Numbered from the stretch's first letter, positions 27,007 to 41,299 are shown. The stretch is 64,000 bases of DNA from Eledone cirrhosa (GCA_964016885.1 OZ024760.1:19654001-19718000); one strand, 5' to 3'. Numbers and translations: made by a program. Notes: generated from the sequence alone by a model not told the origin.

Positions 27007-27544
27007 TATATATATATATATATAGTAAAATAACGGAGTAAAGGACTCGCGTATACTCCTGTCCTGTGTTTTTCTTCTCTATATTGTATATATATATATA
27101 TGTTTAGAACTCAGAATGGAAAGGGTCGTAACTCTTTGCTGCGGAGCCTAGAGTCCAACAGTCTAATAATAACAACAACAATAACAATAATAAACTTTAT
27201 GAGGACTATCAGGGAAGTTATATGACTCTAGGCCAGGCTGGAAATATCTTTAGATAAAATGATAATAAAAAATAGTAAAAAATAGAAATAAAAACCATAT
27301 TTAAAAAATTCTGTAGACAAATAATTATAATCGGAGATTTCATGAAGAAATTATCTCCGAAAATAGAGAAAGTTGGCAAGGAATGGCCATGGAATTGGTT
27401 GAATTCCCAGGAGAGGATTATTTAGCATCTCATAAAATGTATTGGAATCATCTATAAAATGATCAAATAGTTTTGGCAGAATAAGAAGATAATTTCAGGT
27501 AATTGGTGCCATGAAAGAAAGAATTGGTTAATCTCTTTCTCAAC

Positions 27545-27897
27545 ATTGATCCCAGTAATATCATCATCAATATCATCATTGTCATCACCACCACATCCAC
27601 CACCACCACTACCACATCCACCATCACCACTACCACATCCACATCCACCACCACCACATCCACCACCACCACCACTACCACCATCATCACATCCACCACC
27701 ACCACATCCACCACCACCACCACCACTACCACCACTACCACCCCCATCATGACCATCGCCATCAACATCATCACCACATCCACCACCATCATCATTATTA
27801 TCGTCATCATCTTCACCGTCACACCACCACCACCACCACCACCATCATTGTCACCACCACCACCATCGTCACCACCACCACCACCACCATCATCATC
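27545..27897. repeat. (CAC/CAT)n trinucleotide tract
   Basis: Direct. Confidence 0.9.
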
Positions 27898-28044
27898 TAG
27901 TAATGTATTAATTTATTTATAGTAAATATAGACAAAATATTTAATGTAATTATAAGGAGGTAATTTCACAGTTTATAACCTAGTAATATAACACAAGTTA
28001 TATCAAGTGTTATTAGAAATACAGAGATTATTATTACCCAATTG

Positions 28045-28423
28045 CACCTCTCAAAGGCAATGACACACGACCGTGACTTCTGGCGTCACGCAGTAATACA
28101 GAGTACCCGACCTCCCATGGGTACAAGCTGAAGCATATAGACAATATGCCCCCACACACCCCACCGCAAAGTGAACGTGGAGGTGCCACGGCAAAAAAGC
28201 ACCCAGCCCACACTGTAAAGTGGACGTGTAGGCGCCACGAAAAAGCACCCAGCACTCACTGTAAATGAGGTTGGTGTTAGGAAGGGCATCCAGCTGTAGA
28301 AACCAAGCCAGAATCAGTTCCTGTATGAGCAAGGCATGATCAGCCGACCTGGCATTGCCCACAACAGGACAACCCGTCTAACCCATGCTAGCGTGGAAGA
28401 ACGGACGGAAAACGGTGATGATG
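28045..28423 (+). mobile_element. Retroposon related to family C, with GGAAGGGCATCC domain and (GAT)n tail
   Basis: 5' part resembles 3612-3660; 3' part matches 46720-46898. Confidence 0.7.
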
Positions 28424-28427
28424 TTGA

Positions 28428-28633
28428 GAGCGTCGGACTACATGTTGTGAGAGCGTCATAACTACATGTTATGACTTTTTACATTCTGAGTTCAAATCCC
28501 GGTGAGGTTAACTTTGCCTTTCATCCTTACAGGGGTCGATAACAAAGTACCAGTAATGTACTGGGATCAATTTAATCGACTTTCCCCTCCACTTCAAATT
28601 GCTGGCCTTGTGCGTGCCTAAAGTAGAAACCAT
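28428..28633 (+). mobile_element. SINE family B
   Basis: B-box, central GCCTTTCATCCTT domain, TAGAAAC tail. Confidence 0.8.
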
Positions 28634-29006
28634 TCTTAATACAGTTTGTTGAGAAGTGGGGGAGGTAGGTGGGGTGGGGTGGGGGTGAGGGGGGGGGGTG
28701 AGAGAGGTGAGTGAGAGAGGTGGGGGGAGAGAGGTGGGGGAGAGAGGTGAGTGAGAGAGGTGGGGGAGAGAGGTGAGTGAGAGAGGTGAGTAAGAGAGGT
28801 GAGGGAGAGAGGTGAGTGAGAGAGGTGGGGGGAGAGAGGTGGGGGAGAGAGGTGAGTGAGAGAGGTGGGGGAGAGAGGTGAGTGAGAGAGGTGAGTAAGA
28901 GAGGTGAGTGAGAGAGGTGAGTGAGAGAGGTGGGGGAGAGAGGTGAGCATGACCAGAGTGAATGGGTTTACTCTGAGTATGTGTATGTTAATTGAAGGAG
29001 GACAAT

Positions 29007-30124
29007 TGATGGTGATGGTGATGGTGATGATGGTGATGATGATGATGATGGTGGTGGTGATGGTGATAATGATGGTGATGGTGATGGTGATGATGGTGAT
29101 GGTGATGGTGATGATGGTGATGATGATGATGGTGGTGGTGATGGTGATAATGATGGTGATGATGATGGTGATGATGATGATGATGGTGGTGATGGTGATG
29201 ATGATGATGGTGGTGATGGTGATAATGATGGTGATGATGATGGTGATGATGATGATGGTGGTGATGGTGATGGTGGTGATGATGATGGTGGTGATGGTGA
29301 TGTTGATGGTGATGATGATGGTGATGATGATGGTGATGGTGATGGTGATGGTGATGATGATGGTGATGATGATGGTGATGGTGATGGTGATGGTGATGAT
29401 GGCGATGATGGTGATGGTGATGGTGGTGATGGTGATAATGACGAAGATGATGATGGTGATGATGATGGTGGTGATGGTGATGGTGATGGTGATAATGACG
29501 AAGATGATGATGGTGATGATGATGGTGGTGATGGTGATAATGACGAAGATGATGATGGTGATGACTGAACAATTAAGAGACGTGACTCACCACCCATTTA
29601 AATTGATAATTTAAAGAGAGTAATTAACAACTCCACCCACCATATTGAAATATATATGGTGGGTGGTGGTGGTGGTGGTGGTGGTGGTGGTGGTGTTGAT
29701 GATGGTGTTGTTTGGTGGTGGTGGTGGTGGTGGTGGTGGTGGTGGTGGTGGTGGTGGTGGTGGTGGTGTTGTTTGGTGGTGGTGGTGGTGGTGGTGGTGG
29801 TGGTGGTGATGATGGTGGTGGTGTTGATGATGGTGTTGTTTGGTGGTGGTGGTGGTGGTGGTGGTGGTGGTGGTGGTGGTGGTGTTGATGATGGTGTTGT
29901 TTGGTGGTGGTGGTGGTGGTGGTGGTGGTGGTGGTGGCGGTGGTGGTGGCACTGTTGGTGTTGATGATGGTGTTGTTTGGTGGTGGTGGTGGTGGTGGTG
30001 GTGCTAATGGTGGAAGTGATGATGATGATGATAATGATGGTAGTGGTGATGGTGATAATTATGATGATGGTGATTGTGTTGGTGATGATGATGGTGGCTG
30101 TAGTTATGATAGTGCTGGTTACAG

Positions 30125-30159
<35 letters not shown>

Positions 30160-30279
30160 GTGGTGGCTGTAGTTATGATAGTGCTGGTTACAGTGATGAT
30201 GATGATGATGATGATGATGATGGTGGTGGCTGTAGTTATGATAGTGCTGGTTACAGTGATGATGATGATGATGATGATG
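29007..30279. repeat. (GAT/GGT)n trinucleotide tracts
   Basis: Direct; two blocks separated by ~90 bp of unique sequence. Confidence 0.95.
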
Positions 30280-31010
30280 TGGTCAAACAACTTATCTGGT
30301 TCGACTGCACCAACTTGGTGAGGTCAGTTTATTATCTCCAGTGAACAGAATAAACAAGAGAGGTAGCTTTAGAAATTATAACAAAGATGAGGGAATTACG
30401 GAAAGAAAGGTTGCCTTTGATGTGCTACATATTGTTGGTTGTCAAATTATAGTGACCTTGGTAATATTGTCAGAGAATAACTATATAACTATATAACATA
30501 TACACATATATACATACATATACACATATATACATACATATACACATATATACATACATATACACATATATACATACATATACACATATATACATACATA
30601 TACACATATATACATACATATACACATATATACATACATATACACATATATACATACATATACACATATATTCATACATACATATACACATATATACATA
30701 CATACATATACACATACATACATATACACATATATACATGCATATACACATATATACATACATACATATACACATATATACATACATATACACATATATA
30801 CATACATATACACATATATACATACATACACACATACATACATACATACACATATATACATACATACACATATATACATACATACATATATACATATATA
30901 TACATAGTGAAAAGTGGAATGGGAACAAAACAGTACAAACAAGGCAGTACAAACAGGCAGTACAAATAAAGGTTTATTAGTTTCACGCTCTTGAGAGTGG
31001 GGGGGGGGAA

Positions 31011-31038
31011 CGACGTTTCGGGCATAAGCCCTTCTTCA
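31011..31038 (-). ncRNA. Degenerate minimal hammerhead relic
   Basis: Minus strand UUGAAGA-A-GGGC-UUAU-GCCC-GAAA-CG-UC. C3 is mutated and the stem I 5' strand is lost to microsatellite. Downstream body shared with 40889-40968. Confidence 0.5.
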
Positions 31039-31096
31039 ATATGTATGTGTGTGTATATATATACATATATACATACACATACATACATACACATAT

Positions 31097-31130
<34 letters not shown>

Positions 31131-31135
<5 letters not shown>

Positions 31136-31466
31136 CATCATTTCATTTTACATCCACTTTTCCCTGCTTGCAAGGGTGGGACGGGAACTGATTCTGGCTT
31201 GATTTCTACAGCTGGATGCCCTTCCTAACACCAACCTCATTTACAGTGAGTGCTGGGTGCTTTTTTGTCGTGGCACCTCCATGACCACTTTGCAGTGGAA
31301 TGATAGGGACCCCAGTCCCTATCATCTCATTTCTACAGCTGAGTAAACTGGAGCAATGTGAAATAAAGTATCTTGCTCAAGGAAACAACACATCACCCGG
31401 TCTGAGAATTGAACTCAACCTTTCGATTGCAAGGCCAATGCTCTAACCACTAAGCCATGTGCCTCC
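31131..31466 (-). mobile_element. Full-length CORE-type SINE family A
   Basis: Same structure as 5222-5566. Confidence 0.9.
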
Positions 31467-31754
31467 ATACATATATATATACATATATACACATATACAT
31501 ACACATGCATACATACACATATAATGTAATAGAATAACTATAATATGTCAAGTCCTCACATACACACGTACATATACATATACATACATATACACACATA
31601 CATACATACATACAAACACATATACACACACATATTCATCCAAACACACATACACATACATACAAACACATATACACACACATACATACACATACATACT
31701 GACACACATACATACACGTGTATATGTTATTCTCTCAGTATATGTAGCATATAA

Positions 31755-32056
31755 TACCAATGTGTGAGGGGTGTGTTATTCTATCAGTATATACAACATA
31801 TAACACCAATGTGTGATCAGTATATACAACATATAATACCAATGTGTGAGGGGTGTGTTATTTTATCAGTGTATACAACATATAATACTAATGTGTGAGG
31901 GGTGTGTTATTTTATCAGTGTATACAACATATAATACCAATGTGTGAGAGGTGTGTTATTCTATCAGTGTATACAACATATAATACCAATGTGTGAGGGG
32001 TGTGTGTTATTTTATCAGTGTATACAACATCTAACACCAATGTGTGAGGGGTGTGT
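31755..32056. repeat. ~50-bp minisatellite (CCAATGTGTGAGGGGTGTGTTATTTTATCAGTGTATACAACATATAATA)
   Basis: About 6 copies. Confidence 0.85.
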
Positions 32057-32326
32057 AAGGTATAATCCAGACTAAATTATAGAGTAGGTCTGTTCTGACA
32101 CTGTCTTTAACTAGATACATATTTATTATGTTTCACAGTTCTGTAATCAGTAGATTTCATATAAACATAGTTGTATACATACACACACAAACACATATAT
32201 ATATATGTGTGTGTGTGTGTGTATATATATTTGTTTGTGTGTATGTTTGTGTGTGTGTGTGCGCATGTGTCTATATATATTTATGAACGCACATATATAT
32301 ATACATATAGATATATAAATATATAT

Positions 32327-32673
32327 GGAGGCACATGGCTTAGTGGTTAGTGGTTAGAGCATTGGCCTTGCAATCGAAAGGTTGTGAGTTCAATTCTCAG
32401 ACTGGGTGTTGTGTTGTTTCCTTGAGCAAGACACTTTATTTCACATTGCTCCAGTTTACTCAGCTGTAGAAATGAGATGATAGGACTGGGGTCCATATCA
32501 TTCCACTGCAAAGTGGCCATGGAGGTGCCATGTCAAAAAAGCACCCAGCACTCACTGTAAATGAGGTTGGTGTTAGGAAGGGCATCCAGCTGTAGAAATC
32601 AAGCCAGAATCAGTTCCCGTCCCACCCTTGCAAGCAGGGAAAAAGCGGATGTAAAATGAAATGATGATGATGA
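32327..32673 (+). mobile_element. Full-length CORE-type SINE family A
   Basis: Same structure, with a 7-bp duplication in the A-box region. Confidence 0.9.
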
Positions 32674-32697
32674 TATATAGACACACACGTGTGTATG

Positions 32698-32728
<31 letters not shown>

Positions 32729-32833
32729 GTGCACATGTGTCTATAAATATATATATATATAAAGAAAAAAAGATGAAACCGAAAATGCAACTGGAGTCTT
32801 ATTTTTTTTAAAATATATGTATTTATTTGGTTC

Positions 32834-32947
32834 CTTTACCGGTTTCGCAGTTCTTCTGCTTTTCAAAAGTAGAGTTGAGATGGAGGGTCTGTAGTTTTTC
32901 TCACTTCTCACATCTGTGAAAAAAACTACAGACCCTCCATTTCAACT
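32834..32947 (-). mobile_element. Hammerhead relic with adjacent 5' fold-back palindrome
   Basis: Minus strand CUU-UUGAAAA-GCAG-AAGAA-CUGC-GAAA-CCGG-UA-AAG at 32834-32869 (core mutated); inverted repeat at 32873-32947. Confidence 0.5.
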
Positions 32948-33853
32948 ATATATATATATATATACACGCCAGTGTGTATATATATATATATATATATACA
33001 CACACATATATAAAGCTAAATGATAATTCAATAATAGAATAATAGTTGTTTGTTTTCATTCAGTACATTAACTCTTTTCAATCAATCAAAATCTCAGTCA
33101 TGTGACCAATATTGATCTCAACATCAATGTCTTGACTAGGATAATAATTATGTAACACCACACGGGATGTAGCACCACACGGGATGTAGCACCACATGGG
33201 ATGTAATGGCACATGGGGGTATAATACCACATGGGATGTAACACCACATGGGATAATAATAATAATGAAATTATTGTGTACAGTGCTCAGGTGCACTACA
33301 ACTCATCAAAGGTGCATGTATCGAACATAGAATAATGTTCAAATGTCAGGAAAATGAACAGTGTATGAGTCATGAAATACATGTGTGTGTGGGTGTAACA
33401 TCACATGGGATGTAGCACAACACTCCACTGTAATGATAAGAATTCTTTTTATTAATGGTACAAGGCCAACAATTTGAGGGAAGGGGAAATGTCAATTATG
33501 TCAATCTTTAGTACTTATATATATATATATATATATATAGTAACAATAATAAATGTGAAGACTAAAATCCAAAGAGGGCTCAATAAGGATAAATATATAT
33601 CAAATATATAAGAACCATAGAGCAAATATTTTAATCTGTTATTTTAATAAAAATATATATATATCTAATAAATAAATACATTATCAGAGAAAGCTTTTTA
33701 GCGATACTCCGGCCAAATTCCAACTCACTCAACAAACATTAGGAAATCAGTGAGTATATTCCTAATTATGCGTTCGGGGTGCTAACTATATGTATTGTGT
33801 GGAAAATTGGCTGTATTATTTCATATGAGACATATCGAATATATCTCTTCCCA

Positions 33854-33938
33854 GACGGACGTCTCGTTTCATTATAGGATTCCTACAGTTTGGGTGAAAT
33901 TATATCAATTTATGTAGGAGCTTGTATACGATCAACAG
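33854..33938 (-). ncRNA. Hammerhead relic with long stem II
   Basis: Minus strand CUGUUGA ... UCCUACA/UGUAGGA ... GAAA-CG-AGACGUC-CG-UC: palindromic stem III loop and GUC triplet; core A6 mutated. Confidence 0.45.
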
Positions 33939-33970
33939 ATATATATTCAAGTAGGCTCCTATAATATATA

Positions 33971-35037
33971 TCTAATATATATTTGTGAAATGGGTGGTGG
34001 TTGAAATTCAGATTTGCATGGTTAAATGGTAGCAGACGTGGTCGGACGGACATGAAAATTTACACACCTATGTAAAAAGTGCAAAGGAAGCAAATAGATC
34101 TCTAACTTGAAAAATGTGGTCCCTACGGCCCCCAAACGGTCTATTTACTATCGCGTTCGGTGAGTTATTTCCCCCTGTTCTAATACTTGGATGAGTTATT
34201 TACAATTTCATACAAATTTTTAAACTCATCAACGTTCTTTCGCTGTTAACATACAATACCAATAATTTGAAAAATATTATTGAAAGTTTATTATAAAGAA
34301 GCAGTTTCAGGAAAAAAAATAGAAATATGCACTTGGGGCTGGACGGCGTACAATGAGGAGTGGAGCGATGTTAAAAGCATTGTTTATTAACAGCGAAATA
34401 GCAATATCGATGATATGCAAGTTTGAAAATGCAGATTGGGTTAGTTATTTCCCCCTCTTCTAATAAACATCTAATATATAGAGGCCCCTCTTGCTGACCA
34501 GGGCAATCAAAGTGTAAACTATCATACAAACCTTCATAATATGCATTTTTAAACTTGCATATCATCGACATTGCTATTTCGCTGTTAATAAACTATCATC
34601 CTTCTACATTTAACGATTATACAGTACCGTTTTATGAAATCGATTCTGCAGTACGGTCACTGTTTTCCATCAAAAGAAATAAAACCCTTAAATTGCGTAG
34701 AAGGGACGCGTGTTTCTATTTTAATTCTAATACATGTTAACCACCACTAACAGTAAGTAGTATTTTTCAAATTGCATATCATCGACATTGCTATTTCGCT
34801 GTTAATAAACAACGCTTTTCACATCGCTCCACTTCTCATTGTACGCCGTCCAGCCCCTCCACTCCTCATTGTACACCGTCCAGCCCCTCCACTCCTCATT
34901 GTACGCCGACCAGCCCCAAGTGCATATTTCTATTTTTTTTCCTGAAACTGCTTCTTTATAATAAACTTTCAATAATATTTTTCAAATTATTAACTTAATA
35001 AAAAGTGGCCCTGGGTGCAACCGGGCTCAGCTGCTAG
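33971..35037 (+). mobile_element. Non-autonomous Helitron
   Basis: A|TC 5' end (TCTAATATAT), GC-rich subterminal hairpin GCCCTGGGTGCAACCGGGC, CTAG|T 3' end; no target-site duplication. Confidence 0.75.
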
Positions 35038-35285
35038 TATATATATATATATTTGAAAAGGGAGTAAGGTTCTATACAAAACAGGGGTTATAGAGAAAAT
35101 GTGGAATTGGAAATAGCACGGAAAATATGTTTAAGGATCTGTTTCTCTTTTTTCTTCTTTGATTCGTCAAAGTAACATAATTGAATAAATGAGAAGAGCA
35201 ATTCTTTTAAAAAGAAGAGTTTTATAACGTATAAAAATATACAAAATATATAATATATCAAATATATATATATATATATATATAA

Positions 35286-36366
35286 CTAGCAGTAAAGCCC
35301 GGCGTTGCTCGGGGTCGCTCAGTAGCTGTGTTAAAGTTACAATGTTAAATTTCTTTTTTGGCTTAAAAACTGTAATGTCTACTGTGCAGACTTGCATGTG
35401 GTGTTTTTGATTAATATTCCCTCAACCAACAATATGCCTTATGAAGTTAAGAAAACATAACGATAACCCGAATGTTATAACAAAAGAGGATGCTGGGGAT
35501 AAAAACTGCACTGGTTATTTATTAACAAAGATCGAAAATGTAAACACTGCAACGCAGAGAAAAACATTAGCGTAACCAAATTATCAGTTATGTCTGTCTG
35601 CACGCCTATATCACCTCTCTGCACGACTATCTGTCTGCACGCCTATATCACCTCTCTGCACGACTATCTGTCTGCACGCGTATATCACCTCTCTGCACGA
35701 CTATCTGTCTGCACGCGTATATCACCTCTCTGCACGACTATCTGTCTGCACGACTGTCTGTCTGCACGTCTAACGAAATTTACAGATACAGCCCGGCGTT
35801 GCTCGGGGTCGCTCAGTAGCTGTGTTAAAGTTACAATGTTAAGTTTCTTTTTTGGCTTAAAGTCTGTCTGCACGCCTAACGAAATTTACAGATACATATA
35901 TTTTAAATAAACTTATATAATTTTTGCTTTTTTTTACGAAATATTTGCTTGTTTTACGTAGTCTTTAAATAGACTTGTTTTCAAGTAAAAATATTGTTTT
36001 AAAAGGCTTTTAAATGGAAATGAAGCAAAACGGAAGCTTAGTGTTCGAACTGATGAATTTTGCAGTGTGTTAATGTCATTTTAAACGCTGAGAAAGCCAG
36101 CGTAATTTTTTTAATTTTTGCACGCAGACGCTCAATGTAAACAGAACAAAGGGAAATAACTGATCACTTACGCTCAAAAATCGATACATTATATTCGATT
36201 TCGTCAGATAGGGAGGGTCAATTTGAAATATTTTTTTTCCGATGTCTTCGCTAGGGCTCAATGTACAAGTATAGCAATTTCGGTGCAATTCCGTGAGAGA
36301 TTCTAAGAGGAGATGTGTGCCAAAAATCGATAGACAGACAGACAACCACAGTTTTATATATATAGA
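35286..36366 (-). mobile_element. Non-autonomous Helitron
   Basis: Minus strand A|TCTATATATATAAAA 5' end, hairpin CCCGAGCAACGCCGGG, CTAG|T 3' end; internal 37-bp tandem repeat at ~35590-35770. Confidence 0.85.
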
Positions 36367-36491
36367 TAAGAGAGATGGTTTTATTCGGACATCTTCATTT
36401 TATTACATCATTCTATTATACTATTATACGTATTTCAAAGATATCAGAGTGGTTATACAATATACAAACCCACCGCCCACTCGCCAATCCA

Positions 36492-36538
<47 letters not shown>

Positions 36539-36542
36539 TAAC

Positions 36543-36698
36543 GGTTTCTTATATAGGCACAAGGCCAGCAATTTTGGGGGGAGGGGATAGTCGATTAAAT
36601 CGACCCCAGTGCATGACTGAATAATTGCTTCTACTTTTGGTACAAAGCCAGCAATTATCCCAGTGTATTACTGGTACTTTATTTAATCGACCCCCGTG

Positions 36699-36739
<41 letters not shown>

Positions 36740-36850
36740 TGTTTCTACTTTTGGCACAAGGCCAGCAATTGCCCAGTGTATTACTGGTACTTTATTTTAT
36801 CAACCCCCGTAAGGATGAAAGGCAAAGTTATCCTCGGCGGGATTTGAACG
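36543..36850 (-). mobile_element. Cluster of three SINE family B 3' fragments separated by (AAT)n
   Basis: Repeated GGCACAAGGCCAGCAATT..CTGGTACTTTATT motifs. Confidence 0.75.
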
Positions 36851-36856
36851 CAGCCG

Positions 36857-36916
<60 letters not shown>

Positions 36917-37234
36917 GGTATTTTAGCCATGACTATCATGTCCTTCACTTAGTTATTGTCTATCAAAAGCTATTGTACAGAATGACTGGCTTATTATCAT
37001 TCTATGGTAAAATTTGAGTAAGAATTGGCTGCTATTTCTAACAAAGCAATAAACCACATAATAGTTTCCTCGTTGTCTCGTATATAATTACCAATATTTT
37101 GGTGCTAAGAGAAACAGCTCTAATGTAATTGCAAGATGGAACTCTTGATAATACTACATAGTTCTGTTAACAGTGTCTTAGAAAACACTTTCTAATTACA
37201 TAGCACACATACATATACACACATATACATACAT

Positions 37235-37279
<45 letters not shown>

Positions 37280-37304
37280 AACACACAGACACACACATAC
37301 ATTA

Positions 37305-37335
<31 letters not shown>

Positions 37336-38394
37336 CACTCACATTAACACATATACACATACGTTAACACACACACATACATATACATACATATACATAC
37401 ATATACATACACACACATATATATATATATATACACACAAACACACAGACACACACATACATTAATACATATATATATATATATATATATATACACTCAC
37501 ATTAACACATATACACACGTTAACACACACATATACATATATATATATACACACACACACAGACACACATATATACACACATACATACATACAAAACACA
37601 TATATACACACATACATATACACACACAAACATTAACAGACAGACACGAACATACAGATTCACACACACACACACACACATATACATACACACATACATA
37701 CATATATATACATATACACACACACACCCATACATTGACACACAGACACAAACATACACAGATACATGTACACAAACACACTGACACACATACACACACA
37801 CTGACACACATACACACACACTGACACACATACACACACACTGACACACATACACACACACACACACAGACACACATACACACACAATGTCAGTGGGTGT
37901 CTCCATCAGACCTAAATTGTAGAAAGTTGAAACCAAAAATAAAATGCCCCGCAGTTAAATTAGTTTTGTTATCAACACCTCTTACACAGATTACAATCTT
38001 ACAATCAATATTACTAATCAAGATCAAATATCCCTAATCAATATTGTTAATCATGATTAAATGCCCCTAATCAATATTGTTAATCATGATTAAATGCCCC
38101 TAATCGATATTGCTAATCATGATTAAATGCCCCTAATCAGTACATATTCATCATAATAATCTCAATAAAAAATCAAACTCATTCAACTTTTAGTTACATT
38201 TTTACATTGTCAACAAACAAGTGTTTCAAAGTCATCTTCTCCGCTAAAAAATTAGGGGGTTAACGTTGTGCGCTTCCTGATGTTAACCCTTTAAATCATT
38301 TGTTATGAAATGCTGTTATATTGTGTACCTAGTCTAAACCAGATCATGGGGTCATTTTTGAGGCAATGTTTTACAGCTGAATGCCTTTCCTAGT

Positions 38395-38985
38395 CAAGTC
38401 GGTATCAAAAAGATCAGTTAAATAAGAACCCTTTAAAATAGGTGGTTTTGTTTCATAGGACCAGAGCCAGTTTTGGGGCCAAGTTGGTATAAAAAAAGGT
38501 TCAATAAGGACCCTTTAAAATAGGTGGTTTTATTTCATAGGACCAGAGCCAGTTTTGGGGCCAAGTTGGTATAAAAAAAGGTTCAATAAGGACCCTTTAA
38601 AATAGGTGGTTTTGTTTCATAGGACCAGAGCCAGTTTTGGGGCCAAGTTGGTATAAAAAAAGGTTCAATAAGGACCCTTTAAAATAGGTGGTTTTGTTTC
38701 ATAGGACCAGAGCCAGTTTTGGGGCCAAGTTGGTATAAAAAAAGGTTCAATAAGGACCCTTTAAAATAGGTGGTTTTATTTCATAGGACCAGAGCCAGTT
38801 TTGGGGCCAAGTTGGTATAAAAAAAGGTTCAATAAGGACCCTTTAAAATAGGTGGTTTTGTTTCATAGGACCAGAGCCAGTTTTGGGGCCAAGTTGGTAT
38901 AAAAAAAGGTTCAATAAGGACCCTTTAAAATAGGTGGTTTTATTTCATAGAACCAGAGCCAGTTTGGGGTCAAGTTGGAATCAAA
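38395..38985. repeat. 82-bp minisatellite, ~7 copies
   Basis: Unit AAGGACCCTTTAAAATAGGTGG...GCCAAGTTGGTATAAAAAAAGGTTCAAT with period 82. Confidence 0.93.
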
Positions 38986-39441
38986 ATAGTTAAGACAAGA
39001 GAATGTGATTTAAAAGAGATTTAGCTGTTATTTCTACAAGTGATGTGAGCACATAAAAGATCCATTTGTTAGTTTCAATAACTGTTTCTACTGTTGGCAC
39101 AAGGCCAGCAATTACCCAATGCATTACTGGTACTTTATTCTATCGACCCCGGAAGGGTGAAAGGCAAAGTTTCAATAATGCTCTCTATCTCATGAAGTAC
39201 TTTCAAAACAGAATCTCTTGTGAACAGATGATGTCATTCTAATGTAATGAATGATCAGAGAACAACACAGAAATAAAGAGAGAAATAATAATTGTTTCTA
39301 CTTTAGGCACAAGGCCAGCAATTACCCAGCGCATTACTGGTACTTTATTTTATCGACCCTGTAAGAGAGAAATAATAATAATTGGTAAATATAATTTCTA
39401 AAAGACTTCACTTTAACTCTCTCTTACTCTCTCTTTAACTT

Positions 39442-39474
<33 letters not shown>

Positions 39475-39491
39475 GTGTGTGTATCTCACTT

Positions 39492-39534
<43 letters not shown>

Positions 39535-39548
39535 GTGTGTGTATCTCA

Positions 39549-39655
<107 letters not shown>

Positions 39656-39800
39656 TATTGAAATTTCCGTTGAAAACAGAAAAGGTCATAGAAGTGAAGA
39701 GTGCTCTATGTAAGTATCAGAGCAAAATTTAATGTATAAAAATCAATACAATATAGTTACCTCATTACCAGAGGTTTCCCGAATGAGGTGATTTTTATAC

Positions 39801-39857
<57 letters not shown>

Positions 39858-40489
39858 AAAATGGAGCGCTGCATGGTTGCACATGGGTTACATATGAATA
39901 AAATTAGTCCTTCATCAGTGATCTTCCAACTTTCATTGGTATTTCATCGCTTTAAAAATCATATACCTCTGGTTGGTGCGAGCAACAACAAATAAAGTTA
40001 TTGGGACAAGTGAAATAGGGTGAAACAAGCGAGACATGTAAACAAACAAAGATGGTTTGGCAACGGAAAGATAAGAGACAAGTACATGAAATCTGTAAGC
40101 TTGGTGAATTCATGGGCGAGAGATACAGACCATCCGACAATACAAATACTTTTATGTTGGTATTTGAGTTTTATCATATATATGAATTTATATTAACTTG
40201 TATTACACGGCTCAGAAATACTTCTTTCTTTGAGCTATTTCATTGTAAAGGACTGCTTGAGTTTAGAACTCATTATTCTTAGTATATATATATATATATA
40301 TATATATCACTTTCTCTCTCTCTATATATATATATATTTTTTTTTTTTTCTTTCTCTCTCTCCGTCTTTTTTCTTTTTTTCTTTCTCTCCGTCTTTTTCT
40401 AATTGTGCTTAACACTATGACTTATTAAAATAATATAAACAAATCACTATCCAGACAGCCTCCAAAAGTAATGGTTGCATTTTAAAAGG

Positions 40490-40629
40490 GTACGTCAAAG
40501 CTATTTGTAAAACTGTTATATATTGTATTTTGTCTGATGAAGGCATACCATAATTTAATGTGGTATCCCTGAAATATGTATAATGAAATAAATATGGTTT
40601 TATAAATATAGTTTCCATTTATTAATATC

Positions 40630-40630
<1 letters not shown>
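40490..40630 (+). mobile_element. Penelope-like hammerhead module family P2
   Basis: CUGAUGA (40534)-AGG.AUACCA..UGGUAU.CCU-GAAA (40571)-UAUGUA; stem I register imperfect. Homologues at ~43425-43575, 59115-59580 and ~60615-60705. Confidence 0.6.
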
Positions 40631-40666
<36 letters not shown>

Positions 40667-40669
<3 letters not shown>

Positions 40670-40858
40670 CGAAGGAATTGTGGTAAGGAACCAGATGGAC
40701 CATAATGCACCAGAGTACTCAATACTTAGGGTAGTAGAGTGGGTAATAGGAAAAGGTATGAACCCGACGGCAGAGCTCAAGCCGTTTCGACGGCTATTTC
40801 TGGACCAGAAATAGCCGTCGAAACGGCTTGAGCTCTGCCGTCGGGTCATACCTTTTCC

Positions 40859-40860
<2 letters not shown>
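40667..40860 (-). mobile_element. Penelope-like hammerhead module P1 with fold-back palindrome
   Basis: Inverted repeat 40747-40860; body is the reverse complement of 4502-4582. Confidence 0.75.
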
Positions 40861-40894
<34 letters not shown>

Positions 40895-41299
40895 AAAATT
40901 GAACGGGAACAAAACAGAGAGGCAGTACAAACAAAGGTTTATTAATTTCACGCTCTTGAGAGTGGGGTGGTGGTCACTGTCTCTCTCTCTCTATCTGATA
41001 TATATATAATCACTCTCTCTCTCCCTCCCCCCGCCCCTCTCCTGTCTGCTGTATTTACATGCTCCATGTATTATAACACATGAGAGAAAAATTAAATTAT
41101 CTTCTTTTTCTTCTTTTTCTTCTTTTTCTTCTTTTTTTAACCGTTTCCACAGAATTCAAGAAACTTTGTTTCCTTCCAGGCTGACAACATTTCCATAGAA
41201 ATAAAATATTGGTTATTGAAGTAGAGAGGCTGTATAAGTGAGACTAGTCAAAGACAACAGTACATATATGTAGACATCATCAGTGTCATCATTACTATA

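Noticed and set aside
28943-30344. Poly-His, poly-Pro, Met/Val-rich and Asp/Gly-rich ORFs (also 27463-27922, 41213-42092, 50615-50957)
   Set aside because: Trinucleotide microsatellites open in several frames and both strands.
30290-30345. Possible small exon in a unique island
   Set aside because: No canonical donor/acceptor pair on the minus strand.
39855-39918. CUGAUGAAGGAC on the minus strand as a hammerhead
   Set aside because: No closing stem II and GAAA downstream; at most a broken relic. 39759-39790 likewise has stems I and III but no core.
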